Positions 50,973-60,449 of a DNA stretch of 64,000 nucleotides are shown piece by piece. Under the pieces are notes generated by a model. It ran no database searches, was not told the DNA's origin, and saw only the letters and a program-made list of their open reading frames with translations. The stretch comes from Desulfobacterales bacterium (GTDB lineage: Bacteria > Desulfobacterota > Desulfobacteria > Desulfobacterales > SpSt-501): positions 58,316-122,315 of the forward strand of contig JALOOU010000001.1 of assembly GCA_025454255.1 (NCBI GenBank), in the 5' to 3' direction. Within the stretch, counting starts at the first letter, position 1, and every line of letters starts with the position of its first letter. A program made the position numbers and the translations under genes.

Positions 50973-52403
50973 ATGAACATCGGCATCTTCAGCAAAATTT
51001 CGACGGCGGCGGCCTTGCTGGCCCTTTTCGGTTTCACCTGGGCCGGCGGCCCGATCGAAGCGCACGCCCAGGCGGCGGGCGACGCTTCGAAACAGCTGGT
51101 GCTTCCCAACTTCTCGGCACTGGCCAAACAGGTCCAACCCGGGGTGGTCAACATCAGGACCGTCAAGACCATCAAGGGAGGCGGCCCGGTGTTTCGGCAC
51201 TTCTTCGGGCCCTTCGACCCACGCAGGCCGACGCCCCCCTTCGGCGAGGGGATGCCCGGCAACGAACAGCGGCAACGCAGCCTGGGCAGCGGGTTTATCA
51301 TGGACGCCGAGGGGTTCATCATCACCAACAACCATGTGGTCGAAGACGCCGACCAGATCAAGGTCCGCCTGGCCGACGAACGGGAGTTCGACGCCCGCAT
51401 CATCGGGCGGGACTCCAAGACCGACCTGGCGCTGATCAAAATCGACGCGAAGGACCTTTTCCCACTGAGGCTGGGGGACTCGGACCGGCTCGAGGTCGGC
51501 AGCTGGGTGTTAGCCGTCGGCAGCCCCTTCGGGTTGGAGCAGACCGTCACCGCCGGCATCGTCAGCGCCAAGGGGCGCTTCATCGGGGCGGGGCCCTATG
51601 ACGATTTCATCCAGACGGATGCCTCGATCAATCCCGGCAACAGCGGCGGACCGCTGCTCAACATGAACGGGGAGGTCGTCGGGATCAACACGGCCATCGT
51701 TGCTCAGGGCCAGGGCATCGGCTTCGCCATACCCGTCAACCTGGCGCGCGACATCGCGGCTCAGCTCAAAGACCACGGCAGCGTCACCCGCGGGTGGATG
51801 GGTGTGGGGATCCAGGATTTGACCCCGGAGCTCGCCGAGTACTACGGAATCAAGAACCAGAAAGGGGTGCTCGTCACACAGGTGTTTCCCGACAACCCGG
51901 CCGACAAAGCCGGCATCAAGCCCAAGGACGTCATCGTGGCTGTGGACGGCAAGCCGGTGGCTACCGGGCGGGAGCTCTCCGCCGCCGTGGCCGGGTTTCC
52001 GGTGGGCAAAGAGATCCCGGTCAAACTCATCCGCGACGGCAAGGAGCTTTCGGTGAAGGTCCGAATCGCGGAACGCAAGGAGGCAGAACCGACGGCGTCC
52101 GAACCGGCGGCGGATCCCACCGACCTCGGCATCCGGGCGATGGATCTCACCCCCGAGGCCGCCCGCCGCTTTGGAATCGACGAGAGTGAAAAAGGGGCCC
52201 TGGTCGCGGCGGTCCAGCCCGGCAGCAAAGCCGAGCAGGCCGGCCTGCGGCAGGCAGATGTGATCAAGGAGGTGAACCGCACCCCGGTTCAAACCACCGC
52301 CGAGCTGAGAGCCCAGCTCGGCAAGGCCAAGACCGGCGACACCCTTCAGCTGCTCGTCAAGCGGGGCAGCAGCGGGTTCATCGTCGTCAAACTCACCAAA
52401 TGA
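50973..52403 (+). CDS. DegP/HtrA (Do family) periplasmic serine protease with two PDZ domains
   Basis: ATG at 50973 after AGGAGG, followed by a signal peptide. Catalytic motifs (TNNHVV, DLALIK, GNSGGPL) and two PDZ segments. Confidence 0.9.
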   Translation: MNIGIFSKISTAAALLALFGFTWAGGPIEAHAQAAGDASKQLVLPNFSALAKQVQPGVVNIRTVKTIKGGGPVFRHFFGPFDPRRPTPPFGEGMPGNEQRQRSLGSGFIMDAEGFIITNNHVVEDADQIKVRLADEREFDARIIGRDSKTDLALIKIDAKDLFPLRLGDSDRLEVGSWVLAVGSPFGLEQTVTAGIVSAKGRFIGAGPYDDFIQTDASINPGNSGGPLLNMNGEVVGINTAIVAQGQGIGFAIPVNLARDIAAQLKDHGSVTRGWMGVGIQDLTPELAEYYGIKNQKGVLVTQVFPDNPADKAGIKPKDVIVAVDGKPVATGRELSAAVAGFPVGKEIPVKLIRDGKELSVKVRIAERKEAEPTASEPAADPTDLGIRAMDLTPEAARRFGIDESEKGALVAAVQPGSKAEQAGLRQADVIKEVNRTPVQTTAELRAQLGKAKTGDTLQLLVKRGSSGFIVVKLTK

Positions 52404-52406
52404 TGG

Positions 52407-53429
52407 TCAACCATCCGCGGCAGGGCATTCGGCGTCGCCGGATGCCCTGCCAGGCGTTACCGCCACCCATTGGGCCTCCTCCTCGAAAAAGCGCGCCACC
52501 AGCTCGAGATACGCGGGCAGGTGGTAGGTGCGATGAATGCGCTTGCAGAGCGCGGCGCCCTTTTGGAAATGAACTCCGAAGTAGGTCCAGAACCCCTTCA
52601 TGCGGTCCAGCAGGTGTCCGGGGCCGCTCAGCGCCTCGCGGTAGCGGCCGAAAAGGTCCTCGTAAAAGGCCTGGAACCGTTGGACGTTGAACGAGGCGGC
52701 CTCCGCGCCGGAGGTGATGGCTTCCGGAAGAAAGGGGTCGGACAAGGCGCCGCGGCCGATCATCCAGCCAGCGACGTCCGTGAAGCGGGCCGACAGCTCG
52801 TTATACGTGCGCAAACTGACGATGTCCCCGTTGTAGACGACCGGGTGCCTGGAGGCTTGCGCGCAGAGCTCGAAGGCCTCGAGGTCCGGTCGGCCCCCAT
52901 ACATCTGGCGGGCGGTGCGCGGATGGATGACGATCTCGCGCAGCGGGTGGCGGTTCAACACGGGCAGCAGCTTTAGGATCTCCAGCGGCGACTTCAGCCC
53001 GAGGCGCAGCTTGACCGAAAGCCGGCCGGGGATGGCGGGCAGGACCTTCTCCAGAAAATCCCCGACCTGCTCGGGGAATGGAAGCAAACCCGCGCCGCGG
53101 CGCTTCTTGGTCACCGGGCGGAACGGGCAGCCGAGGTTCCAGTTCACATCCGGGTAGCCCAAGTCGCCGAGGCGGCGGCCCACCAGGATGAAACCCTCGA
53201 CGTCGTTGCCGAGGATCTGAGGCTCGATGCGCAGGCGCTGGTTGCGCTCGGGCAGAAGGTCACGGAAATACCGATCGTGGATGCGCTCGGCCGGCATCGT
53301 CGCCACAAAGGGCGCCAGCGCCGAGTCGAACCCCGTGAAGTGCTCCGCAAAGGTCGTGCGGAAAACGGCATCGGTGAAGCCCTGCAACGGCGCCAGGATG
53401 AGCCGGGGGGCATTGGCATCGAGTCGCAT
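52407..53429 (-). CDS. tRNA-dihydrouridine synthase (Dus family)
   Basis: Dus motifs (LILAPLQGFTDAVFR, DVNWNLGCP, SVKLRLG, VIHPRTARQMYGG). Confidence 0.85.
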   Translation of the reverse strand: MRLDANAPRLILAPLQGFTDAVFRTTFAEHFTGFDSALAPFVATMPAERIHDRYFRDLLPERNQRLRIEPQILGNDVEGFILVGRRLGDLGYPDVNWNLGCPFRPVTKKRRGAGLLPFPEQVGDFLEKVLPAIPGRLSVKLRLGLKSPLEILKLLPVLNRHPLREIVIHPRTARQMYGGRPDLEAFELCAQASRHPVVYNGDIVSLRTYNELSARFTDVAGWMIGRGALSDPFLPEAITSGAEAASFNVQRFQAFYEDLFGRYREALSGPGHLLDRMKGFWTYFGVHFQKGAALCKRIHRTYHLPAYLELVARFFEEEAQWVAVTPGRASGDAECPAADG

Positions 53430-53535
53430 ACGGAAACTATACCGGCGAAGCCGTGCGAAGTAAACTCAAAGACGCCCCTCCCGCGCCGGGAGCCGGTTTG
53501 CCCCGCTGCCGCAAATACGGTATGGAGCGGTCAGC

Positions 53536-54939
53536 ATGGCTGCTTTAGCGAAACATGAGACCGCTTCCACGGCGGACGAGCGCTGGTCGGCGTTGGCGGT
53601 GGCCTCGCTGGGCTCGTTTCTGACCCCCTTCATGCTCTCATCGGTCAACATCGCGCTGCCGACCATCGGCCGGGAATTTGAGGTCGACGCCGTGCTCCTG
53701 AGCTGGGTGGCCACCTCCTACCTTCTCGCCGCCGCCGTGGCGCTTCTGCCGTTCGGCAGGCTAGCCGACATCCACGGCCGCAAGAGGGTGCAGCTGTGCG
53801 GCATGGCGCTTTTCACCCTCTCCTCCCTTCTCGCCGGGCTGGCGGGGTCGGTGCACAGCCTGATCCTGTTCCGTGTTTTCCAGGGGACGGGGATCGCCAT
53901 GATCTTTGCCACCGGCATCGCCATTTTGGCATCGGTCTTTCCGGTCGGCGAACGCGGGCGGGTGCTGGGCATCACCGTGGCGGCGGTCTACTCCGGGCTC
54001 GCCTGCGGACCGCTGGCGGGCGGGTGGCTGACCCAGCAGTTCTCGTGGCGCGCGGTCTTCCTGATCAGCGCCCTGACGGGGCTTGTGCCGATCGGATTGA
54101 TCCTGTGGAAGCTGAAGGGCGAGTGGGCCGACGCCCGGGGCGAATCCTTCGACCTCACCGGCGCGCTCATCTACGGGGGCGCGGTCGTCGCCTTCATGGT
54201 GGGCGCCTCGGACCTGCCGCGCCCCCGGGGCGCCGCCCTGGCCCTCGGGGGGCTATTCGCTTTCGGCGCGTTCGCGTGGTGGGAGCTGCGGGTGCGGCAC
54301 CCCGTGTTCGAGGTGCGCCTGCTCCTTGGCAACCGCGTGTTCGCCTTTTCGTGTCTAGCGGCGCTGGTCCACTACAGCGCGACCTTCGGCGTGACGTTTC
54401 TCATCAGCCTTTTTCTTCAGTACGTTCAGGGGCTCTCGCCGCAGGGCGCCGGTCTGGCCCTGATCGCCCAGCCGGTCATGATGGCCCTCTTCTCGCCCTT
54501 CGCCGGCAGGCTCTCCGACCGGGTGGAACCCCGGGTGATCGCCTCCCTCGGCATGGGGATCACGGCGGCCGGGCTGCTGCTGTTGTGCACGGTGTCCGCG
54601 GGCACGAGCACCGCCTTTGTTGTCGGCTGCCTGACGGCGCTGGGCTGCGGGTTCGGCCTGTTTTCATCCCCCAACATGAACGCCATCATGGGCTCGGTGG
54701 AGCGCAAGCACTACGGGATCGCCTCCGGGTCGGTCGGCACGATGCGGCTGTTGGGGCAGATTTTGTCGATGGCCATAGCGACGCTGATGTTCGCCGTTTT
54801 TATCGGCCGGGAGCAGATCACCCCCGCACACCAGACGGCGTTCATACACAGTGTGCGCATGGCGCTCTTGGTTTTTTTCGGGCTCTGCCTGTGCGGGGTC
54901 TTCTTCTCGTTGTCGCGGGGGCGCCTGCATGCGAGGTAG
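53536..54939 (+). CDS. MFS transporter (DHA2/EmrB-like, about 14 TM helices)
   Basis: Polytopic protein with MFS motif A-like GRLADIHGRKRV. The 467-aa length is typical of 14-TMS drug:H+ antiporters. Confidence 0.85.
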   Translation: MAALAKHETASTADERWSALAVASLGSFLTPFMLSSVNIALPTIGREFEVDAVLLSWVATSYLLAAAVALLPFGRLADIHGRKRVQLCGMALFTLSSLLAGLAGSVHSLILFRVFQGTGIAMIFATGIAILASVFPVGERGRVLGITVAAVYSGLACGPLAGGWLTQQFSWRAVFLISALTGLVPIGLILWKLKGEWADARGESFDLTGALIYGGAVVAFMVGASDLPRPRGAALALGGLFAFGAFAWWELRVRHPVFEVRLLLGNRVFAFSCLAALVHYSATFGVTFLISLFLQYVQGLSPQGAGLALIAQPVMMALFSPFAGRLSDRVEPRVIASLGMGITAAGLLLLCTVSAGTSTAFVVGCLTALGCGFGLFSSPNMNAIMGSVERKHYGIASGSVGTMRLLGQILSMAIATLMFAVFIGREQITPAHQTAFIHSVRMALLVFFGLCLCGVFFSLSRGRLHAR

Positions 54940-54980
54940 CCGGCCGCGCCCGGACGTCGCCGGCGCGCCGTTTGGAGGCT

Positions 54981-55136
54981 ATAAGTGGTTTCCCAACCCC
55001 GGATCACGGTTGCGGGCAAAGGGCAGGCCGAATCGAAAGCGCAGCAACCTTAACGGGTTGTGAGCACGTTCGCGAGGCCTGCAATCCCGCCACGGCGGGC
55101 CCCCCCGCCGTCAGACGGGGTGATGAAGCCACTTCT
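54981..55136 (-). repeat. copy B (inverted) of the ~155-nt intergenic repeat element
   Basis: The reverse complement aligns with 47712-47868 (see copy A). The element starts at the TAG stop of the HD gene at 55135-55716. Confidence 0.6.
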
Positions 55137-55716
55137 ATGCAACGTTTCCCTTGAGGCCAATCTCGCCGGCCGCGGTCCGCATCCCGCGGATCGTCTCGGT
55201 GATGAGCTCGGTCAGGTCCACCCCCAGCATCGCCGCCCCCTTCTCGATGATGGAGCGGTCCACACCGGCGGCGAAGCGCTTGTCCTTCCACTTCTTCTTC
55301 ACCGATGCCGCCTCCAGGTCGAGGACGCTTTTGGAGGGCCGGACCAACGCTGCGGTGGCAACCAGCCCGGTGAGCTCATCGACGGCGAAAAGCACCTTTT
55401 CCAGTTCGCTGCGCGGTTCGACCTCCGAGCAGATCCCCCAGCCGTGGCTCACCACGGCGCGAATGATCTCCTCCGGCCAGCGGCGCCGGCGCAGGATCTC
55501 TTCGCTCTTGCGGCAATGCTGGTCGGGGAATTGCTCATAGTCCAGATCGTGGACGAGGCCCACGATTGCCCATTTTTCTTCGTCCTCGCCCCGCCGCCGG
55601 GCGAAGTGGCGCATGACCGCCTCGACCGAAAGCGCGTGCCGGATCAGGCTCTCACTGCGGTTGTACTCCCGCAGGAGCGCCAGCGCGTCCTCGCGGGTCG
55701 GTTCCTCAGAACTCAT
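55135..55716 (-). CDS. HD superfamily phosphohydrolase (about 190 aa, HDIG-like)
   Basis: HALSVEAVMRHF ... GLVHDLDYE ... SHGW. Start set at MSSEEP (GGGAGGGG RBS 4-5 nt upstream). Confidence 0.75.
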   Translation of the reverse strand: MSSEEPTREDALALLREYNRSESLIRHALSVEAVMRHFARRRGEDEEKWAIVGLVHDLDYEQFPDQHCRKSEEILRRRRWPEEIIRAVVSHGWGICSEVEPRSELEKVLFAVDELTGLVATAALVRPSKSVLDLEAASVKKKWKDKRFAAGVDRSIIEKGAAMLGVDLTELITETIRGMRTAAGEIGLKGNVA

Positions 55717-55734
55717 CCATCCCCTCCCGGGCAC

Positions 55735-55775
55735 ACCTTCGTGCCGGGGCATTCAGGATGCCCCGGCACGAAGGT
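55735..55775. repeat. perfect 18-bp inverted repeat with a 5-nt spacer in the divergent HD / IMPase intergenic region
   Basis: ACCTTCGTGCCGGGGCAT-TCAGG-ATGCCCCGGCACGAAGGT, read directly from the sequence. Confidence 0.75.
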
Positions 55776-55897
55776 ATGCCGGGGTCCCGCGCATTTGTCA
55801 AGCGCCGGCCGAGCTTAGGACCTTTGCTCTTGATCCTTCGGCCGGCGCCGGGTATTCTCTTGCCGCTGTTGAAACCATCAGGACCAAGGAGGCTCGC

Positions 55898-56698
55898 ATG
55901 AGCGATCGGAACAAACCGGGGATCGACGACCTGATCGGGTTCGGTATGGATTTCATCCACCAGGCCGGCGAAAAAGCCATGATGTTCTACGGCAAAGGCA
56001 GGCCGCAAGTGAAATTCGACCAGGCCGTGGTCACCGAAGCCGAAATTCAGCTGACCGAATTTTTCAAAGCACAGCTCCATCGCCACTTCCCCGGGCACAG
56101 GCTATTCAGCGTGGACGAGGTCAACGAGGAGTACTCGCACGAGGGAAAACGCTATCTGTGGGCCTTCGACCCTCTTGAGGGGGTCGCCAATTTTCAGGCG
56201 GGGATACCCCTCTGGGGTTTGTCGATGGCCCTGCTGGAGAACTTCTGGCCGGTGTTCGGGGTCTTTTTCATGCCGGCGACGGGCGATCTGTTTCACGCCC
56301 GGGCAGGCTGCTGCGCCTACTGGGGGCGGCGCGAGATCACCATTCCCGTCTCCGACGGCATCAACGACGAAAGCGTCCTGTTGACCTATTCGCGTTTTCA
56401 CCAGCACTACCACTCCTCTTTCCCCGGCAAGATCCGCTCGCTCGGCTGCACGTCCGCCCACATCTGCTATGTCGCCATGGGCCGGGCCGACGCCGCCTTG
56501 ATCGCCAATGAATCCTTTCAGGGGCTTGCCGCCGCACGGGTCATCGTCGAAGCCGCCGGCGGCAAGCTTTCCAAGACCGACGGCGGCGAGTTCTATCTGA
56601 ATGAGTATCTGAACGGGCAAAAAATCGACGACCACCTCATCGTCGCCGCCCCCGACAACCTGGCCGTGGTGAGTGCATGCCTCAACCGGGTGGAGTAG
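55898..56698 (+). CDS. inositol monophosphatase family protein
   Basis: ATG after AAGGAGG. IMPase motifs (variant WAFDPLEGVANF, GCTSAHICYVAMGRADA). Confidence 0.8.
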   Translation: MSDRNKPGIDDLIGFGMDFIHQAGEKAMMFYGKGRPQVKFDQAVVTEAEIQLTEFFKAQLHRHFPGHRLFSVDEVNEEYSHEGKRYLWAFDPLEGVANFQAGIPLWGLSMALLENFWPVFGVFFMPATGDLFHARAGCCAYWGRREITIPVSDGINDESVLLTYSRFHQHYHSSFPGKIRSLGCTSAHICYVAMGRADAALIANESFQGLAAARVIVEAAGGKLSKTDGGEFYLNEYLNGQKIDDHLIVAAPDNLAVVSACLNRVE

Positions 56699-56768
56699 GT
56701 TCAACGCCGCGGGCGCAACGCGACGGGGGGGAGGGCGCACGCGGCCCGAAGGCGATGGAGGCCGACCG

Positions 56769-58892
56769 GTGAAAATCCGCCCGAAGCTCTTCCTGGTCCT
56801 TGTCGTCTTCAGCCTGGTTCCGCTCGTCGGGGTGACCCTCATCAACCAATACGGGACGCGGCGCATGGGGGCCGTCATTTCCGAAAACGTCGGCCAGACC
56901 TTCACCCACATCGCCGACCGCGCCCTCAATCTGACCGCGCAAAAGTCGGCCGCCTCGCTTGCCAGCAGCAAACTTGCGGTCGAGTTTGCGCTGATGGGCC
57001 TGGTCGAAGCGGCCGAGGCCGCGCTGGCACGCGAGCCTTCCTTGCCGACGGCGGTTTTTTTCGCCCGGGATTTCGAAAACGCGGCGACGGCGCCGCCGGA
57101 TAGCGGACCCCACCCCGCACTCAGCCCTGCCTCCGTCGACAGCCGCGCCTCTTTGGGCCGCGTGAGCCTCGGCCAGCCTTCATTTTGGCTCCCCGCCGGG
57201 GCGCCGCGGGAGGGGTTCGACGAGGAGATCGGCCGGCTCTCGACCCTGACCGGGTATCTGCAGAAAAGCTTCGATCGCCTCGGGAAAAAGATGCTTTGGT
57301 CCTATGTCAGCCTGGAAAGCGGGCTGCACATGGCCTTCCCGGGACACGGGGGATACCCGGCTGGCTACGACCCTCGCCGACGGCCCTGGTACCAGGGGGC
57401 CGCGCGCCAAACTGCGTGGAGCTTTCCCATGGTCGACGCCACCACCGGCCAGGTGATCATGACCGCCTACCAGCAGATCCGCCGCGGGGACGGCACGTTG
57501 GCCGGAGCGGCGGCCATCGACATCCTCATCAGCGAAATGCTGCAGGTCGCGGATTTGTCGGCGGTCTGGTCCCCGCAGATGCGCTCCTTCCTGGTCACGC
57601 TCCAGAACAGCGACCCGCCCTCCTCCCCCGGATTGCTGATCATCGCGCAGATGGATTACCAGGCATCGGCCCCCTGCTGGGAGGGCGCCATCCGCCCGGA
57701 GATGCTGAGCACGGATCGGCCGGAGCAGTTGGCCCGCTTGACCAGCGAAATCGACAGCGGCAGGTCCGGATTCATGCAAATGCCCTTCAAAGGGGTCGAC
57801 TCGCTCTGGGCCTTCGCACCGATCGGCGCGAAAACATCGTTTGTGATCGTCGTCCCCACCGCGCTGATCGAAGGGTTCAAGGAAAACAACCTCGAGCTCG
57901 TTCGAGCCTATACGCGCGAGGAGCTGGTGGCGACCGCGCTCGCCGCACTCGTGCTGATCGGCCTCGCGACGCTGGCCGCCTATTTTGGCTCGCGCAACAT
58001 CACCCAACCCATCCTCGCCCTGGCCGCCGCCGCCGAGCGTTTGAGCCGGGGCGACTTTTCCACGCGCATCGGCCTTCGCACCGGCGACGAGCGCGACCAT
58101 GTCATCCAGGCCTTCAACGAAATGGTTCCCCGCCTGGAGGACAATCTACGATTGTCCGAATCGCTCAGACTGGCCACCGAAGTGCAGCAAAACCTCCTGC
58201 CCGGCAAAGACCCCTGCGTGCCGGGTTTAGACATTTCCGGCATCAGCCTCTATTGCGATGAAACCGGGGGGGACTATTTCGATTTTCTTGACATCCGCGA
58301 AGACCGGCCCGGCAGGATCGGGATTGCGGTCGGGGACGTTTCGGGCCACGGTTTGTGTTCCGCCCTGCTGATGGCCTCGGCCCGAGCCTCCCTGCGGCTG
58401 CGCTCCGACATGCCCGGAACGCTGTCGCTGGTGATCGCCGACGTGAACCGCCGGTTCTGCCAGGATGTGGCCGATTCCGGCGCCTTCATGACCCTGTTCT
58501 ATCTGGTTGCCGATTCCAGGCGGCAGTCGCTCTCCTGGGTGCGGGCCGGCCACGATCCGGCGATAGTGTATGACCCTGCGGCCGACCGCATCGAGCTGCT
58601 TTCCGGCCGCGGAGCCGCCCTGGGGCTGTCGCCCGGATTGGTTTTCGAGGAGAACGAAAAACTGGGCCTCCGCCCCGGGCAGGTGGTGTTTGTCGGAACC
58701 GACGGCATCTGGGAAACCGTGGACCCGGAGGGCCAGCTCTTCGGTCGCCAACGGTTGCACGATCTCCTGCGACGCCACCACAGCCTCGCCGCCCGGCAGA
58801 TTGTGGAGCGTGTCGCCCACGAGCTGGAAGCGTTCCGCCGCCCCCTGCGGGCCGCGGACGACATCACCATGGTGGTGGTCAAGATCGCTTGA
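56769..58892 (+). CDS. membrane sensor phosphatase: Cache-like periplasmic domain, HAMP and PP2C/SpoIIE (RsbU-type)
   Basis: GTG at 56769, 7 nt after GGAGG. One N-terminal TM helix, the Cache signature DPRRRPWYQGA, a second TM helix plus HAMP (ITQPILALAAAAERLSRGDFSTRI) and PP2C motifs (GGDYFDF, GDVSGHG, TDGIWE, DDITMVVVK). Confidence 0.85.
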   Translation: MKIRPKLFLVLVVFSLVPLVGVTLINQYGTRRMGAVISENVGQTFTHIADRALNLTAQKSAASLASSKLAVEFALMGLVEAAEAALAREPSLPTAVFFARDFENAATAPPDSGPHPALSPASVDSRASLGRVSLGQPSFWLPAGAPREGFDEEIGRLSTLTGYLQKSFDRLGKKMLWSYVSLESGLHMAFPGHGGYPAGYDPRRRPWYQGAARQTAWSFPMVDATTGQVIMTAYQQIRRGDGTLAGAAAIDILISEMLQVADLSAVWSPQMRSFLVTLQNSDPPSSPGLLIIAQMDYQASAPCWEGAIRPEMLSTDRPEQLARLTSEIDSGRSGFMQMPFKGVDSLWAFAPIGAKTSFVIVVPTALIEGFKENNLELVRAYTREELVATALAALVLIGLATLAAYFGSRNITQPILALAAAAERLSRGDFSTRIGLRTGDERDHVIQAFNEMVPRLEDNLRLSESLRLATEVQQNLLPGKDPCVPGLDISGISLYCDETGGDYFDFLDIREDRPGRIGIAVGDVSGHGLCSALLMASARASLRLRSDMPGTLSLVIADVNRRFCQDVADSGAFMTLFYLVADSRRQSLSWVRAGHDPAIVYDPAADRIELLSGRGAALGLSPGLVFEENEKLGLRPGQVVFVGTDGIWETVDPEGQLFGRQRLHDLLRRHHSLAARQIVERVAHELEAFRRPLRAADDITMVVVKIA

Positions 58893-58923
58893 GGCCCGAT
58901 CCCTCCGATTCAGCCGCGCGACG

Positions 58924-59517
58924 TTAGAAGGCTTCGATGATTTCCCCTTTCTCCACGAAGAGCTCGATGCCTCTGCAGGTCTCTTCGAAATTGGCCACGG
59001 CCGCTTCCAGCCAACCCGTGACCGGGTCTTCCTCGCCGAGCTGAGCCCTGGCCTGCGCAAGCAGATGGCGTCCTCGCTTCGCTTGATTGCGGAGCTCTTC
59101 GAGCAGGCTCTTGCGGCGCCGGTGCTTTTCGCGCTCCCGTTCAATGACCGGGAGCAGCCGCTGAATGGAGTACTCCACCAATGCGTCACGCGGCGTGCTG
59201 GACTGCCGGGCGATATCCTCGAGGCAATTCAGCGTGCGGCGGCTGATCACAAACGTTTTCTGCACGCGTTGGAGGGCTCTGAAATCCTCGGCCTCCACAT
59301 CCTTGGCAATAAGGGTCAGCGACTGGGCGTCCTCGATCAGATGGTCGAAAAGGCTTTTCTGCTTGATGCCCAGGTGAACGGCAACGATGCTCAGGGCCTC
59401 GATCGCGCGGCTCGACAGCTTGAAGGTCGCGCGAACAGACTGCCTGCCGCGCAAATCCTGCGCTTCCGGCTGGCGTAATCTTTGACTCTCGACCGGGCGA
59501 GTTTTCTTGTTGTTCAT
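58924..59517 (-). CDS. hypothetical protein with two tandem ribbon-helix-helix-like repeats
   Basis: Internal duplication: VRATFKLSSRAIEALSIVAVHLGIKQKSLFDHLIED versus VQKTFVISRRTLNCLEDIARQSSTPRDALVEYSIQR. Each repeat shows a beta-alpha-alpha pattern. The C-terminal third is helical and charged. Confidence 0.5.
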   Translation of the reverse strand: MNNKKTRPVESQRLRQPEAQDLRGRQSVRATFKLSSRAIEALSIVAVHLGIKQKSLFDHLIEDAQSLTLIAKDVEAEDFRALQRVQKTFVISRRTLNCLEDIARQSSTPRDALVEYSIQRLLPVIEREREKHRRRKSLLEELRNQAKRGRHLLAQARAQLGEEDPVTGWLEAAVANFEETCRGIELFVEKGEIIEAF

Positions 59518-59584
59518 TTTCCGACCTGCCTCTTGTTCAAACTTATTATCTTTAAAAAAAATTCATTTTAGTAATATGAGTGTA

Positions 59585-59612
59585 TTGACAAAAAAATAAA
59601 CGATTTTATTAT
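59585..59612 (+). promoter_or_regulatory. putative sigma70-type promoter of hsp20 in an AT-rich intergenic region
   Basis: TTGACA (59585-59590), a 16-nt spacer, then TATTAT (59607-59612), about 70 nt upstream of the hsp20 ATG. Confidence 0.45.
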
Positions 59613-59681
59613 TGTGGCGAATGGATAGAAAGATAATAGAGGAAAAAGCAAAAAAAACAAGATCTAAAATGGAAGGGGGAA

Positions 59682-60131
59682 ATGAACATGATGGACCTCA
59701 TTCGATGGAATCCCTGGAAGGAACTGTCGCTGCTCCGAAACCGGACCCACGGCCTTTTCACCGATCCTTTTCTGGCCCGCATCGACGGCGCTGAAAACCA
59801 CCCGGCGGCGCTCAACCCGGCGGTCGACGTTTTCGAAAAGGACGACAAACTGGTGATCAAGGCCGAGCTGCCCGGGATGGACAAAAATGACATCCAGCTG
59901 GACGTCAAGAACGACGTGCTCACTCTGCGGGGAGAGCGCAAACACGAAGAGGAGGTCAAGGAGGATTGCTTTTACTGCAAAGAGATCGCCTCGGGCGCTT
60001 TCGTCCGCTCTTTCGCCCTGCCGGGCGGCGTGAACGCAGAAAAGATCCTGGCCGAGTTCAAGGACGGCATCCTGACGGTTGAAGTTCCCAAGCCCGAAAG
60101 CCACCGGCCGAAACAGATACGCGTCAATTAG
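59682..60131 (+). CDS. Hsp20/alpha-crystallin family small heat-shock protein
   Basis: Alpha-crystallin domain (PAVDVFEKDDKLVIKAELPGMDKNDIQLDVKNDVLTLRGERK ... FVRSFALP ... AEFKDGILTVEVPK). Confidence 0.9.
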   Translation: MNMMDLIRWNPWKELSLLRNRTHGLFTDPFLARIDGAENHPAALNPAVDVFEKDDKLVIKAELPGMDKNDIQLDVKNDVLTLRGERKHEEEVKEDCFYCKEIASGAFVRSFALPGGVNAEKILAEFKDGILTVEVPKPESHRPKQIRVN

Positions 60132-60282
60132 CACCCGATGGGAACCGGCGGATCTCGGTTCAGGCCGGCGCTCAAGCGATGTCGCAGCCGCGGGGGTCTT
60201 TTCCGCCGCCGGCGACATGCGCCGCGCACGAACGCCGGCACAACCGATGGATGCCGGGTGCGGATGAACATGGCGGTATGAC

Positions 60283-60317
60283 CAGCGGCACCGAGCCCCG
60301 GTGCCGCTGCCTTTCTG
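60283..60317 (+). terminator. possible terminator downstream of hsp20
   Basis: Perfect 11-bp stem CAGCGGCACCG/CGGTGCCGCTG with the 5-nt loop AGCCC, followed by a weak U-tract (CCTTTCT). Confidence 0.35.
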
Positions 60318-60449
60318 ATCGACCGGGAAAAAGCCGCGCCGCGTTTCCCTCCGGTTTACAAATATCGTTCAGTTGTTATATTTTCAACTTAAACACGATC
60401 TTAACAGCCATTTCCACCAGAGCTTGCAACAGGGGCGGATGTCGATACG

